This document shows positions 35,201 through 44,970 of a DNA stretch of 54,708 nt, piece after piece. Positions within the stretch are counted from its first letter, which is position 1; each line of letters begins with the position of its first letter. The stretch spans positions 1 to 54,708 of IMG/VR virus record IMGVR_UViG_3300033415_000003, one strand, 5' to 3'. The translations under genes and the position numbers were made by a program. The notes under the pieces are model-generated. The model was not told the DNA's origin and did not search any database. It saw only the letters and a program-made list of their open reading frames with translations. Source of the DNA: a virus. Lineage: Duplodnaviria > Caudoviricetes.

Positions 35201-37629
35201 GATTTATATTTATTAATAATAGTTTCTCTATTAGAAAATCCTCTACTTCTTGGTGAAAGTACAGGAATTGGAGCGGATTGTGCAGCTTTAAATACCGATA
35301 TACGACTTTTAGTAAATGTAAAATTTACTTCATTTATGAATTGTTCTTCATTATATTTTTCATAAATATCAGATGGAAAAAAGTCTTCAGTTAACTTTTT
35401 ATTATGCCAATCATCTAATAACTGACGTTTAGTTTTTCTGTGTCTAATTACTTCTGCACATAGACCAGATTGAATATAATAATCAATTGGATCATATTTG
35501 CTATCAGGTAATTCAGCTGCTGGAATTATCTTTCCATTATATAATTCTTCAGGAATAACAAATTCAGTAAATCCCATATTAAAGAATCTTTTATTTATAT
35601 GAATGCATAATTCATATAGTTCTAATTTAGTAAGATCTCCAATTGGAGAATGAACGCCGATTGATCCTATATCATGAAATGATGCCCATCCTAATACAAT
35701 TTCCGTATGATTTCCACAAGCAACTATACCGGATTTAAATCTATGACATGCAGCCAACCCTTGTACAGTTCTTAATACTGCCTGCATAGTTGCCTGACCA
35801 GTTTTATTTAATTCACTCCCAAAATTTTCGGTATCTTTTCTATTAAGTACTTGATATATTTCTTCCAACTCATTTGTGAAAATTGATGTGCCAAAATTCT
35901 TATTAAGTTTATACACCATCGGTAAACTATCACTATTTAAAGAAGTTGGATTTGTTATAAATACACAATTCTCTTTTCCCATAGATAATATAGATAAAGC
36001 CATCACAATAGCACTATCAATACCACCACTAATATGAACCTGTGCATTCTTGATTCCTAACAAACTAAATAATTCTTTTTGTTCAAAACAGATTGCATCG
36101 ATTATCTCGTCATATTTGTTCTTTTCAATTTGAATAGGTGTGCCGTTAATACGTGAAAAAACGGTAGATCTATATGTAATATTAATTGTATCTTCTTCAA
36201 ATCTCTTTCCTTGGTGGGTCTTAACTCCATTAGCATTATATGCCATAGAAGATCCATCATATATAATTATATTCTTAACTATATCGCCGACACCAATTGA
36301 ATTAACTTCAACTACTGGTACAGATAATTTTGATGAGATCTCATGAAATAGTTTTTCTCTTATAATTTGTTTGCCATAATAAAAATAAGATTGATTTATT
36401 GATATAAGTAATTCAGCTCCCATTTTTACCATTTCATTTGGTATATCTCTTGCATGATCTATGTACCACGAATCTTCACAAATTGGAACGCCAACTTTAA
36501 TATTTTTACCAGATAAAACCAAATCAAATATTTTTGATTCATTACCGGGTTTAAAATATTTTCTATCTTCGTGATGATCTCCGTTTGCAAGTAATTGTTT
36601 GTCGTATCGTTGTATTTTATTTTGATTAATCACAGCAACACTATTCTTAAGATGTGGAAATCCGTCTAATTTCATACCATGATAGCTAACATAGCCAATT
36701 ATTACAGCAATATTAGACGGTACCATTTCAACTACTTTATTTAAGCAAGCTTCTTGATCAAGTATAAAATCAATATTATCCCATAACGCGCCAACACAAT
36801 ATCCAGTGAATGCAGTTTCGGGAAAAACAATTATATCTGAATTATTTTTCAATGCGATATCTATTCGTTCTTTTATTTTATTGAAGTTTCCTTCTATATC
36901 GCCGCTTATAGTATTAATCTGATTTAAAGATATATTAATTTCGTCATTCATTTTTTTATATGAAGAATATGTTGTTTTTACACGAATTGATTCTCTAACA
37001 TAGTAATCATATGCATCTTTTTCTTTAAATGTGAAATAATAAGAACTATCCCACAGATCTCCACAGCCTGACCCATATAATTCTTTTAAAAAGGATATTT
37101 TATCTTCTCTTATCTCAACTTCATAAGGATAATACTCATCTAAGATATATTTATGTGTTGGAGTCCATTTAGATTCGCCATCGTGTTTTGACTTACCTAC
37201 ATTTTTTTCTATTTGTATAACTTGTCTTTTATCTGGAGGTAAAACACCATCTTGAGATGATTTTACTACATATATTAGTGGATAATCATTCTCTTTGTTA
37301 TACTTATTTTTATAATAAGCTTGTAATGATGGTGATAGATCATTCATTAGATCTTTTTTGGATATGATCTTAAAGTATTTTTCTTTTGGCCCATATCCAT
37401 GATTTGTTCTTATCTCATATGGTTTGTATTGATCATTATGGTGAAGATCTTCTATAATATGTGGATCATTAGGAAACCCGCTCATATATCTTGCAAATTC
37501 AAAACGTTCGTGAATATATACATCGTCTTTACTGATTCCAGCACTTACTGGAAATGTTTCATCACCAACTTTCAAATCTTCGTTTGAAAGCGTGTATAGT
37601 ATGTGTTGATATACGTGTGTTGTTTTCAT
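35197..37629 (-). CDS. nadE: glutamine-dependent NAD+ synthetase with a 226-aa N-terminal extension
   Basis: Nitrilase triad FPE / YDKQLL / ICEDSW; synthetase SGGIDSA, GNHTE, IGDLTK, PAAEL. Confidence 0.9.
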   Translation of the reverse strand: MKTTHVYQHILYTLSNEDLKVGDETFPVSAGISKDDVYIHERFEFARYMSGFPNDPHIIEDLHHNDQYKPYEIRTNHGYGPKEKYFKIISKKDLMNDLSPSLQAYYKNKYNKENDYPLIYVVKSSQDGVLPPDKRQVIQIEKNVGKSKHDGESKWTPTHKYILDEYYPYEVEIREDKISFLKELYGSGCGDLWDSSYYFTFKEKDAYDYYVRESIRVKTTYSSYKKMNDEINISLNQINTISGDIEGNFNKIKERIDIALKNNSDIIVFPETAFTGYCVGALWDNIDFILDQEACLNKVVEMVPSNIAVIIGYVSYHGMKLDGFPHLKNSVAVINQNKIQRYDKQLLANGDHHEDRKYFKPGNESKIFDLVLSGKNIKVGVPICEDSWYIDHARDIPNEMVKMGAELLISINQSYFYYGKQIIREKLFHEISSKLSVPVVEVNSIGVGDIVKNIIIYDGSSMAYNANGVKTHQGKRFEEDTINITYRSTVFSRINGTPIQIEKNKYDEIIDAICFEQKELFSLLGIKNAQVHISGGIDSAIVMALSILSMGKENCVFITNPTSLNSDSLPMVYKLNKNFGTSIFTNELEEIYQVLNRKDTENFGSELNKTGQATMQAVLRTVQGLAACHRFKSGIVACGNHTEIVLGWASFHDIGSIGVHSPIGDLTKLELYELCIHINKRFFNMGFTEFVIPEELYNGKIIPAAELPDSKYDPIDYYIQSGLCAEVIRHRKTKRQLLDDWHNKKLTEDFFPSDIYEKYNEEQFINEVNFTFTKSRISVFKAAQSAPIPVLSPRSRGFSNRETIINKYKS

Positions 37630-37632
37630 ATT

Positions 37633-37872
37633 TTATAAAAATGTTTGCATATAATCTTCAAGTGGTCTACCGTTCCATGCGTCTTGTACAAGCTCATCGT
37701 AATAAAAATCTATTGCACCTCGGATGGCTGAAGCATATTCAATACCTATAGACTCTGCGATAAAAGGAACTAGTTTATACGCTTCATTAATGGTTTTTGT
37801 CTTTATAATATTAGTTACTACTTTATTATAAATATCAACACCACTAATTTGATTCACATATTTTGCTTTCAT
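37633..37872 (-). CDS. hypothetical protein
   Basis: ORF. Confidence 0.55.
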   Translation of the reverse strand: MKAKYVNQISGVDIYNKVVTNIIKTKTINEAYKLVPFIAESIGIEYASAIRGAIDFYYDELVQDAWNGRPLEDYMQTFL

Positions 37873-37917
37873 ATTCGTTTCCTTAATTAAAGTGTTTTAA
37901 ACCCCAAATTTTAATAT

Positions 37918-37999
37918 TCAGACATTACAGAGCGATTTATTATTCAACGATTATAGGAATACACCAATAAAAAATTGGCACCATCTGAATTCACTCTGT
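37918..37999. repeat. TCWGA-phased intergenic element C
   Basis: TCAGA..ACAGA ... TCTGA-N6-TCTGT; shares CAGAGTGAATTCAGA (inverted) and CACCATCTGA with element A. Confidence 0.55.
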
Positions 38000-38183
38000 T
38001 ATTTCTCTTAAATAATTATCGACCAATTTATACAATTCAGTAATTGCCATATTCAACCCATCTATTTGTCCTGATAATTGAAATTTCAAATTATCAAATT
38101 CAACATGGTTTTTTAACTGTAACTCTAGTACAGATCTTTTATCTGTTAAAGTTTTTATCAAATAATCAAGTTGTATCATTGAT

Positions 38184-38687
38184 TTAATATTTATAATATC
38201 TAAAGAATTCGTCGTTTGTAAGTTCAGTTGCATCATCGTCTGCAGCTTTCTTAGCACGATCGAGTTGTTCTTGTAATATTTCTCTTTTTACTCCTTTAAT
38301 ATTTCTTTCTAATTCTTCAAATGAATCGGCAATTATTCCACCTGTGTATGCATCACAAATTTTAACAGTTCCAGCTGGTGTTCTAATAGAAAAGAAATCA
38401 AACTCATTAATAGTTCGTTCTTCAAATATATGAACATATGTACATATAACTTCATTCGTATTACCACCCATTACAAATGGTCGATAAGCACGAGTCCAAA
38501 TCTTTTTAATTTTAACTTGTTTTGGAGTTTCTTGGAATATTGATATAGATGGAGCGTAAGTTCCTGCATTATCATTGAGCATATCAACTACCCTATTTAA
38601 TAAAGCATATTCATTTTTATCCAACATTATATTAATAGTGGAACTGTCTTCTCCAGAGTTGCGAATTATGTATTTTTGTTTTTCCAT
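38184..38687 (-). CDS. hypothetical protein
   Basis: ORF. Confidence 0.65.
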   Translation of the reverse strand: MEKQKYIIRNSGEDSSTINIMLDKNEYALLNRVVDMLNDNAGTYAPSISIFQETPKQVKIKKIWTRAYRPFVMGGNTNEVICTYVHIFEERTINEFDFFSIRTPAGTVKICDAYTGGIIADSFEELERNIKGVKREILQEQLDRAKKAADDDATELTNDEFFRYYKY

Positions 38688-38834
38688 TGTAAGAATGTAT
38701 AATTAATAAATATTTAACGTAACATGTGAAACCTTTATCAACTTGTGCATAGAAAATTTACTTGAACGAAGTGAAAGCATATAAAAATACTTTAGTATTA
38801 TAATATGAAAAAATATTCAATATGTGAAACCTTT

Positions 38835-39083
38835 TTATGTAATTTTTAAAAGCTGGGCTGCACGTTTACCTTCTCTTGTATTTGGATAATTTTTAGCTAA
38901 AAAATGCAGATTCATATAAAATTTTTCTAACTTTTTTTGGCGTTGTTTATTTAACCTATTAAATTCTCTCTCATTGATTTTTAACATTTTATCAAAAATA
39001 TAAAGAGTATGATTTAATCTGGCAATATTATAATTTAAAGCAGGCCTGCTTATATTTTCTTTTAATGGATATAGTTTATTCAT
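38835..39083 (-). CDS. basic hypothetical protein
   Basis: ORF. Confidence 0.55.
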   Translation of the reverse strand: MNKLYPLKENISRPALNYNIARLNHTLYIFDKMLKINEREFNRLNKQRQKKLEKFYMNLHFLAKNYPNTREGKRAAQLLKIT

Positions 39084-39089
39084 ATTCTT

Positions 39090-39953
39090 TTATTTTAATT
39101 CTAAAACCTGAGAAATTTGGTTTATCACAATTTCTTTGATATCTTGTAATTCTCTTCTTGATATTGTGGGCTTTTCATTATAAATGTATTCATCTCTTTC
39201 TGATTTGTTATCAAACCAAAGCCATGATGTTTCGTAATTATGAATTAACTTGCTATTTATTTCATCTTTTATTTTCCATGTTTCTACATGGACTCCCCAT
39301 TTTAATTCAATTGGTTGTGGATGCGATATTCTTTCTAATGAAAGCCATCTGCCAAGAGTAATATGATTATGATTAAATGATAAAATCCGTTTTCCTTTAT
39401 CAGATGGTGCTACTTCAAATCCTATAGATTCTATGATAAATGGTATGTTATTTTCTCTACGATCTTTCTCATATAATCTATATATGACTTCATCGCCTAC
39501 AGTAATAATAATGCCTGTTTTCTTGCATTTTATTGAATATATCTCATATACCAATTTATCATGATTTTCTGCCCAACTTATTAATGGATAGCCATTAAAT
39601 GAAAATTCACCATCTGGCGTTTCATTTATGTTATAGATTTTATGAGAGTGAGTTGATATCATTTGGACTATTTCATAATCCCATACTTCTTTTATTAAAG
39701 TCCAAAATTCTGGAAAATTTTCCACTTCATTAGCATCAAGGTGTTTATACATTATATTCATGGAATCTGGCACATATCCATTTCCAAATCGAGTACTATT
39801 TATTATGGTACCTTTTTTCCATGAAGTAGGTATACCCGGATATGGTGTATTTAATTGATAAGTTTTTTTAATCATTTCATTTAAATTTATTGAATTTAAA
39901 ATCAGGCAAATAAGAAAGAGAAACAGAATATTTTTTTGCTTCTTTATCATCAC
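39090..39953 (-). CDS. phage hypothetical protein (YxLxxxYPG / NFPEFW); real start probably MIKKTY
   Basis: ORF. Confidence 0.65.
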   Translation of the reverse strand: MMIKKQKNILFLFLICLILNSINLNEMIKKTYQLNTPYPGIPTSWKKGTIINSTRFGNGYVPDSMNIMYKHLDANEVENFPEFWTLIKEVWDYEIVQMISTHSHKIYNINETPDGEFSFNGYPLISWAENHDKLVYEIYSIKCKKTGIIITVGDEVIYRLYEKDRRENNIPFIIESIGFEVAPSDKGKRILSFNHNHITLGRWLSLERISHPQPIELKWGVHVETWKIKDEINSKLIHNYETSWLWFDNKSERDEYIYNEKPTISRRELQDIKEIVINQISQVLELK

Positions 39954-40260
39954 CCATTATAGGATATTCGTAAGTAAACACACTAAAATTATATGTGTTG
40001 GAATCTAAGGAATAATTAACTGATGTAATTATACCTTCTTTATTATTTCTACCGTCAGTAGAAAATTTTATTATAGGTCCATCTTTCACATATGTAAAAA
40101 TTAGGCCAGATTCTGGGAGGTTTTTTGATGTAGAATACCATCCATTTTTATAATCATGACACCTAGGTATACGTTCAGATTGCATAGTATTTATACAATC
40201 TCTTAAAATTTCTTCGTCAAACTTATCCATATTAAATTTATTGATGTTAGTTTTATCCAC
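39877..40260 (-). CDS. hypothetical protein
   Basis: ORF. Confidence 0.6.
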   Translation of the reverse strand: MDKTNINKFNMDKFDEEILRDCINTMQSERIPRCHDYKNGWYSTSKNLPESGLIFTYVKDGPIIKFSTDGRNNKEGIITSVNYSLDSNTYNFSVFTYEYPIMGDDKEAKKYSVSLSYLPDFKFNKFK

Positions 40261-41191
40261 CCATTAGACTTAATATATTTTTTAATTCATCCAATGTTCC
40301 GGCATTGTCACCAAAGCCTAATTTTGCCGTTTCAGATGCATCTATGTTAGCTAAATTAAATACTTTTTCGTTAACATGTATATTAAATGTATGTCCGGCT
40401 AATGTAGGTGGACATTCTATATATTTAATAACATTTTCAATATCGGTTTTGTATATGATACCATATGCAGAAACTGCATATTCATTTCCATTATCAATAC
40501 GAAATCTAACATCGCCGAAATAAGCTTCTTTATAAGATATTGATTTTATTTCTTCAATATTTGCAATCCTGAAATGTTCGTATCCAAATGCTTTACCTAT
40601 TACGTGTGTCCTGTTATTATTATTTAGTAATGAACAATCTGACTCTGCTTTATAAATTTTACCACATGTAAATGGATCATTTAGCGCTAATGAATTAACA
40701 CTTTTATTAACACTTTTAATACATAATAGAAAATCTCCTTTTTTAAAGTGTAATTGTTTAAACGCTATAGATTCTTGCTCAGTAGCCATTCTAAAGAAAA
40801 TAGTATAATTAGTACGATATTTTGTACCATCATAAATCATCTTGTTAAAATTCTCATGTCGTATGAATTGATTTACATCAAATAATAAAGTTCCACCCCG
40901 CATATTATCGACTCTTAACGTTATATCTTCATTCCAAACAGGATTATTGTCTAAATATGATCTTTTAACTTCAAATACTACAATATCTCCAATTGCAAAT
41001 TTTTCATTATAAATAGGCTCCCATTTAGTTACAACTTCTGCAGGTAAAAATAAGTCTGAGTTAGATATATCTCCAGCTGATCCAAAATTCTTATTACCAG
41101 AACTTTTTATTGGATAATAAATTGATCCCGCTTTAACATCACCTAACCATAAATCATATGGTACTTTATAACCAATTATTTCTCTTTCCAT
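40253..41191 (-). CDS. modular phage protein (IIGY..P / LPxEVVxxWEPxY module)
   Basis: Module shared with 47331-48785; promoter at 41212. Confidence 0.7.
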   Translation of the reverse strand: MEREIIGYKVPYDLWLGDVKAGSIYYPIKSSGNKNFGSAGDISNSDLFLPAEVVTKWEPIYNEKFAIGDIVVFEVKRSYLDNNPVWNEDITLRVDNMRGGTLLFDVNQFIRHENFNKMIYDGTKYRTNYTIFFRMATEQESIAFKQLHFKKGDFLLCIKSVNKSVNSLALNDPFTCGKIYKAESDCSLLNNNNRTHVIGKAFGYEHFRIANIEEIKSISYKEAYFGDVRFRIDNGNEYAVSAYGIIYKTDIENVIKYIECPPTLAGHTFNIHVNEKVFNLANIDASETAKLGFGDNAGTLDELKNILSLMGG

Positions 41192-41273
41192 AATTATAAA
41201 ATTTTATTTTACAAATATATAAATATTTTTTAAAAATTTCCTATAATTTTAATAATAGTTTCAAAACTGCTAT

Positions 41274-41360
41274 TAATCAGATCACCTCAGATCGCTTTAA
41301 ATAAAATAAATAAGGTAACCTATATATTAAATAATAAAGTGATCTGAGGTGATCTGATTA
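41274..41360. repeat. TCWGA-phased intergenic element D (26-bp inverted repeat, 1 mismatch)
   Basis: TAATCAGATCACCTCAGATCGCTTTA ... TAAAGTGATCTGAGGTGATCTGATTA. Confidence 0.7.
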
Positions 41361-41615
41361 AGTTTTAAATGGTACGACATATAATGTACGTAAACCTTCA
41401 TCTATGCGTTTAGTTCCTATTTTTCCGAATAATCCATTGTAATTACCATTGTTTAACATAAATATTGCTCTAATTAAATCTGAATCAGTTTTGAATTTTA
41501 TCTTAAAAAACAATTTGTCCGATTTAGTTTTAGATTCTACTTCGCTATAATTTAAATTTAAACTTAATAATATTTCTAATAATTCAGATTTAGTAATTGA
41601 ATAATTATCTTTCAT
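41358..41615 (-). CDS. hypothetical protein
   Basis: ORF. Confidence 0.55.
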   Translation of the reverse strand: MKDNYSITKSELLEILLSLNLNYSEVESKTKSDKLFFKIKFKTDSDLIRAIFMLNNGNYNGLFGKIGTKRIDEGLRTLYVVPFKT

Positions 41616-41623
41616 ATATTAAT

Positions 41624-42559
41624 TTAATCTAAACTTAGAATATTTAGAATTTGTATTACCTCATATGACGATAAATGTGTTAATGCTCCAAATATAAACA
41701 AACCATTTTTATCTTCAGCAATTTTTACTTTTTTTGTTTCTATTACTCCATCAATAATCCTATTATATGTTAAATAATAACTATCTATAATATAAGTTTC
41801 ATATTTTCTGGCACCAAATTCATATCTACGCTCAGTGGCTTCATGAGAACAATTACCAAATAATGTTTGATATTTTAATATCGTATTTTTTATAGTAGAT
41901 TGCCGTTGATCTTCCTTTAATTTAACAGATTGTTGTTTATTCCAATATTCATTTACTTTTAATACAAAAGATTTTATTAAATTGTCAATAGATATATATT
42001 TAGAATAACGTAAAATGTCAAACTCATATAATGGAGGCATAACATATTTAATATGCCCTCTTTCGATTTCTTTTTTTACTGCCGTAGTTTTATTTCTGTA
42101 AATAATAGAAATATTAGGCGAATCACAAATGGTAGCGTTTAATAAAAAATCTTCTCTTGTTGGAATATTATATGATAAACCATTTATATTCAGTGTATTT
42201 ATTATTTTAACACATTCATGTATCCATGATTCATCGTAAGCGACTGCACAATATTGTGCAGTCTGTTCTGGAATTAATGCTAAATATGCATCAATATTTT
42301 GCGTATATTTTTGTAGAATATCATCTATATCTATATTCGCAAATTGCTGAATTTGATTAAATCCTTTTAACGCATAATGTACTTTTTTAGTATAATCAGA
42401 CTCCTCATGATCAGTATAATTATATGATATTGATATACTACCTTTTACTTCACTTAATTGAAGATATACTGTTGTACGTATATCTTCATAATATATGCCA
42501 TATCTGTTTTTTTCTGGCTCAAATTTAGATATAATATCAGGTTTTAATGTTAATTTCAT
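41624..42559 (-). CDS. hypothetical protein
   Basis: Long ORF. Confidence 0.7.
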   Translation of the reverse strand: MKLTLKPDIISKFEPEKNRYGIYYEDIRTTVYLQLSEVKGSISISYNYTDHEESDYTKKVHYALKGFNQIQQFANIDIDDILQKYTQNIDAYLALIPEQTAQYCAVAYDESWIHECVKIINTLNINGLSYNIPTREDFLLNATICDSPNISIIYRNKTTAVKKEIERGHIKYVMPPLYEFDILRYSKYISIDNLIKSFVLKVNEYWNKQQSVKLKEDQRQSTIKNTILKYQTLFGNCSHEATERRYEFGARKYETYIIDSYYLTYNRIIDGVIETKKVKIAEDKNGLFIFGALTHLSSYEVIQILNILSLD

Positions 42560-42597
42560 ATAATTATATTGATTAATATGTTTATTGTATTATTTTA

Positions 42598-42867
42598 TTA
42601 ATTAGATGTACTGGATCTCACAGGTTCCATTATTTGCCATCCGGTTAACCAAATTGGAATTATAAGTGTTTCTGAAAAAATAATAGACCACACCACATTT
42701 CCTACATTTACTTTATATACTACACCTGGAACTTTTGTATCTTGATAATCTGCCCAACCGTAAGGTTCAACTACAGTTTCTTTCCCGTCAACAATTAATG
42801 TTTTAGAATCTGCACAACTTGATAATAAAACAACAACTAACGATAATACTAATAGTAACTTTTTCAT
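42598..42867 (-). CDS. lipoprotein
   Basis: Lipobox LSSC; EPYGW, GNVVWSIIF. Confidence 0.75.
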   Translation of the reverse strand: MKKLLLVLSLVVVLLSSCADSKTLIVDGKETVVEPYGWADYQDTKVPGVVYKVNVGNVVWSIIFSETLIIPIWLTGWQIMEPVRSSTSN

Positions 42868-42882
42868 ATTTGAAAATTTAAT

Positions 42883-43107
42883 TTATTTAATTTCTGTTAT
42901 ACTCTTTGCTCCATAATATGCAACATTCATTGTATTTAAAAAATGTCTTTTTGCATCCAATTCAACATCTTCAATAATACCCTTTTTTACTTGTTCTAAA
43001 TCTGCTCCTTTTTTTAATTCGTACACAATTTGAACATAAATAATGTAATCTTCAATACCATTTCCTCTATCTATTTCTCCAATTACTTTAAAATTTTTCT
43101 TCATCAT
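42883..43107 (-). CDS. hypothetical protein
   Basis: ORF. Confidence 0.55.
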   Translation of the reverse strand: MMKKNFKVIGEIDRGNGIEDYIIYVQIVYELKKGADLEQVKKGIIEDVELDAKRHFLNTMNVAYYGAKSITEIK

Positions 43108-43120
43108 TCATGGCATTACT

Positions 43121-43411
43121 TTACATACTATTCTCTAAGTATCTAAGACTTAGTTCGAACTTAATATTCTTATTATAATGATTAATTTCTTTTGGTGTTG
43201 CCATTCTTATGATATCTTCTTCTTGTACATGAAATTTTTCTAAACTATCATCCTGTATATCATATCCTGAACAATGATTAGGTAAATTTATAATTTGAAC
43301 TACTGCGCCATATTTATAATGTTTATGATCACATTTTACATAAACATAATTATAGCACCTATATGTATCTGTCGGAATTGCAGGATAATTTAAATTCGAT
43401 TTGTTTATCAT
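43121..43411 (-). CDS. hypothetical protein
   Basis: ORF. Confidence 0.55.
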   Translation of the reverse strand: MINKSNLNYPAIPTDTYRCYNYVYVKCDHKHYKYGAVVQIINLPNHCSGYDIQDDSLEKFHVQEEDIIRMATPKEINHYNKNIKFELSLRYLENSM

Positions 43412-43415
43412 AATC

Positions 43416-43889
43416 TTAAATTATTTTAAATGTTTTACTTTCCATTACAGGCCACCAATATTTACCATCATTATATCCTTCATCATTAGGAAATTTTGGT
43501 AAATAAAAATCTTTATCTTTTTCAATAAGTCTTGCTCGCATAGCTCTATGAAAAGTTTCATCATTTAACCACCACGGTAACACTGGCGTGGTTTTAATAA
43601 TTAACTTTTCCATTGTAGTCTTTATTTTATGAACTTTTAGACAATGATCAAGAAATATATTATAATAGTTAGCTAATAATAATTCATATCCAACCCACAT
43701 TTGGACTGCAGGATGATTTTTCCAACCTTGTGAAATCCAAGATTTAGTTTCTTTCCAACTATCAGGTACATCTTCATAATGAAGAATGCATAATATTTGT
43801 TTTGTTTCTACAACTTGTTTCCAACAACGTTTTTTATCAATAGATTTTGCGGATTCTAAAAAATTTGAGTATGGTAAAAATGTTTGAAT
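43416..43889 (-). CDS. pyrimidine-dimer DNA glycosylase-like protein (DenV superfamily), probable ATT start
   Basis: Frame extends upstream of the track start: (I)QTFLPY.NF..SA..ID.KR..KQ.VE..QIL...GWKNHPAVQMWVGYE...PWWL..E.FH...YWWP. Confidence 0.8.
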   Translation of the reverse strand: MQTFLPYSNFLESAKSIDKKRCWKQVVETKQILCILHYEDVPDSWKETKSWISQGWKNHPAVQMWVGYELLLANYYNIFLDHCLKVHKIKTTMEKLIIKTTPVLPWWLNDETFHRAMRARLIEKDKDFYLPKFPNDEGYNDGKYWWPVMESKTFKII

Positions 43890-43908
43890 AATCTTAAATT
43901 TTAAATGT

Positions 43909-44229
43909 TTATAAAAATCCTTGGGTCCTATGATTAATCATATAATTGACTTCTTCTTTGGTTAGTAGTCTGTAACCAAATTTATCATTATTTAAAATAT
44001 CACATAATTCTTCAACTGTATCAGCTAAATCACAAAACCAACCATCAGTAAGAAAATTAGTCATTCCATATTTTTTAATTTTCTTAGACAATTGATAACC
44101 AAGCTTAAAAGAAACAGTTGCAGCAAAATCAACATTATTTCTTATGTCTTCAGATGTTGTAAGTTTTATAATAAAAAGACCAAAATTATAAAGTCTTAAC
44201 ATTTCCGGAGTAAATATGATTCTTTCCAT
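43909..44229 (-). CDS. hypothetical protein
   Basis: ORF. Confidence 0.6.
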   Translation of the reverse strand: MERIIFTPEMLRLYNFGLFIIKLTTSEDIRNNVDFAATVSFKLGYQLSKKIKKYGMTNFLTDGWFCDLADTVEELCDILNNDKFGYRLLTKEEVNYMINHRTQGFL

Positions 44230-44260
44230 TAATATGATAGTTTAATAAAATTTTAAAAAA

Positions 44261-44603
44261 AGAATCTATGACATCCACGTTCGATGTCAAAGTTGTATTA
44301 TGGTTTTGGCCTTTTACGTCAGTCGCACGACATGTTATAGTCCCCCATAATAGAATTCTGTTCCCCTCCACTCCAAGCTACACTATGGCTGGCTTCTCAT
44401 CCACCCAAATTTGACAAGTCCATTAGTCATCACTTTGGCTTTGGTAGCATTTATTCTTTTTACAACCTATGAAAATCTAAATCAGAAATTGACCAATATA
44501 CATCATGATTATTAACATTTAGCTCCCACGTATCGTGTCGACTAAATAAGTCAAACAACCTGTATAATATGATGAAAAATCATTAGATTATTCATTAGAT
44601 TCT
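44261..44603 (-). ncRNA. unknown multi-domain structured RNA (~343 nt)
   Basis: Terminal stem AGAATCTA/TAGATTCT followed by a U tract; many nested helices; GC-richer gap without a credible ORF. Confidence 0.65.
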
Positions 44604-44624
44604 ACTGCAGCATTTTAAATAAAT

Positions 44625-44879
44625 TTATGGCTCAACAAATTGATCCATTTGTTTTTTTGTATCTAGTACTTGAAATTTTCCACCACGATTATTAAACTTA
44701 ACTCCAAATTCTTCTTGTATATACATAATTACATCTGCAAAATCCATCCCTTTAATTTTTTCAGGATCGCCGCATAAATCAGATATAACTTTACCAAATA
44801 CAATCTGAACCTGATTATATGAATCTACATCGTAAACTCCAATATCCCCATCCTCATCTCGATATATAAATACTAGCAT
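44625..44879 (-). CDS. hypothetical protein
   Basis: ORF. Confidence 0.6.
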   Translation of the reverse strand: MLVFIYRDEDGDIGVYDVDSYNQVQIVFGKVISDLCGDPEKIKGMDFADVIMYIQEEFGVKFNNRGGKFQVLDTKKQMDQFVEP

Positions 44880-44896
44880 AACTTAATTTTTTATAG

Positions 44897-44970
44897 TGGG
44901 CCCGGAGGGATTTGAACCCCCGACCGTCTGGTTATGAGCCAGCTGCTACTTACCCCTGAGCTACGGGCCC
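44897..44970 (-). tRNA. tRNA with CAT anticodon, probably tRNA-Ile2 (lysidine)
   Basis: GGGCCCG/CGGGCCC-A, loop CT-CAT-AA, GGGGG-TTCAAAT-CCCTC; no initiator features. Confidence 0.88.

Noticed and set aside
38722-38835. ATGTGAAACCTTT repeated twice, and AAACC...TATAA motifs upstream of some genes as a middle-promoter class
   Set aside because: Too few and too variable in an AT-rich background to support by eye.
44186-44603. Group I intron, tmRNA, RNase P, or a 61-aa CDS
   Set aside because: A GGACTA resembles P7 but has no downstream partner and no interrupted gene; no tmRNA ends or RNase P core; the ORF lies in the paired region and overlaps the next gene.
44897-44970. Initiator tRNA-fMet
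   Set aside because: Has a G1-C72 pair and lacks the three consecutive G-C anticodon-stem pairs.
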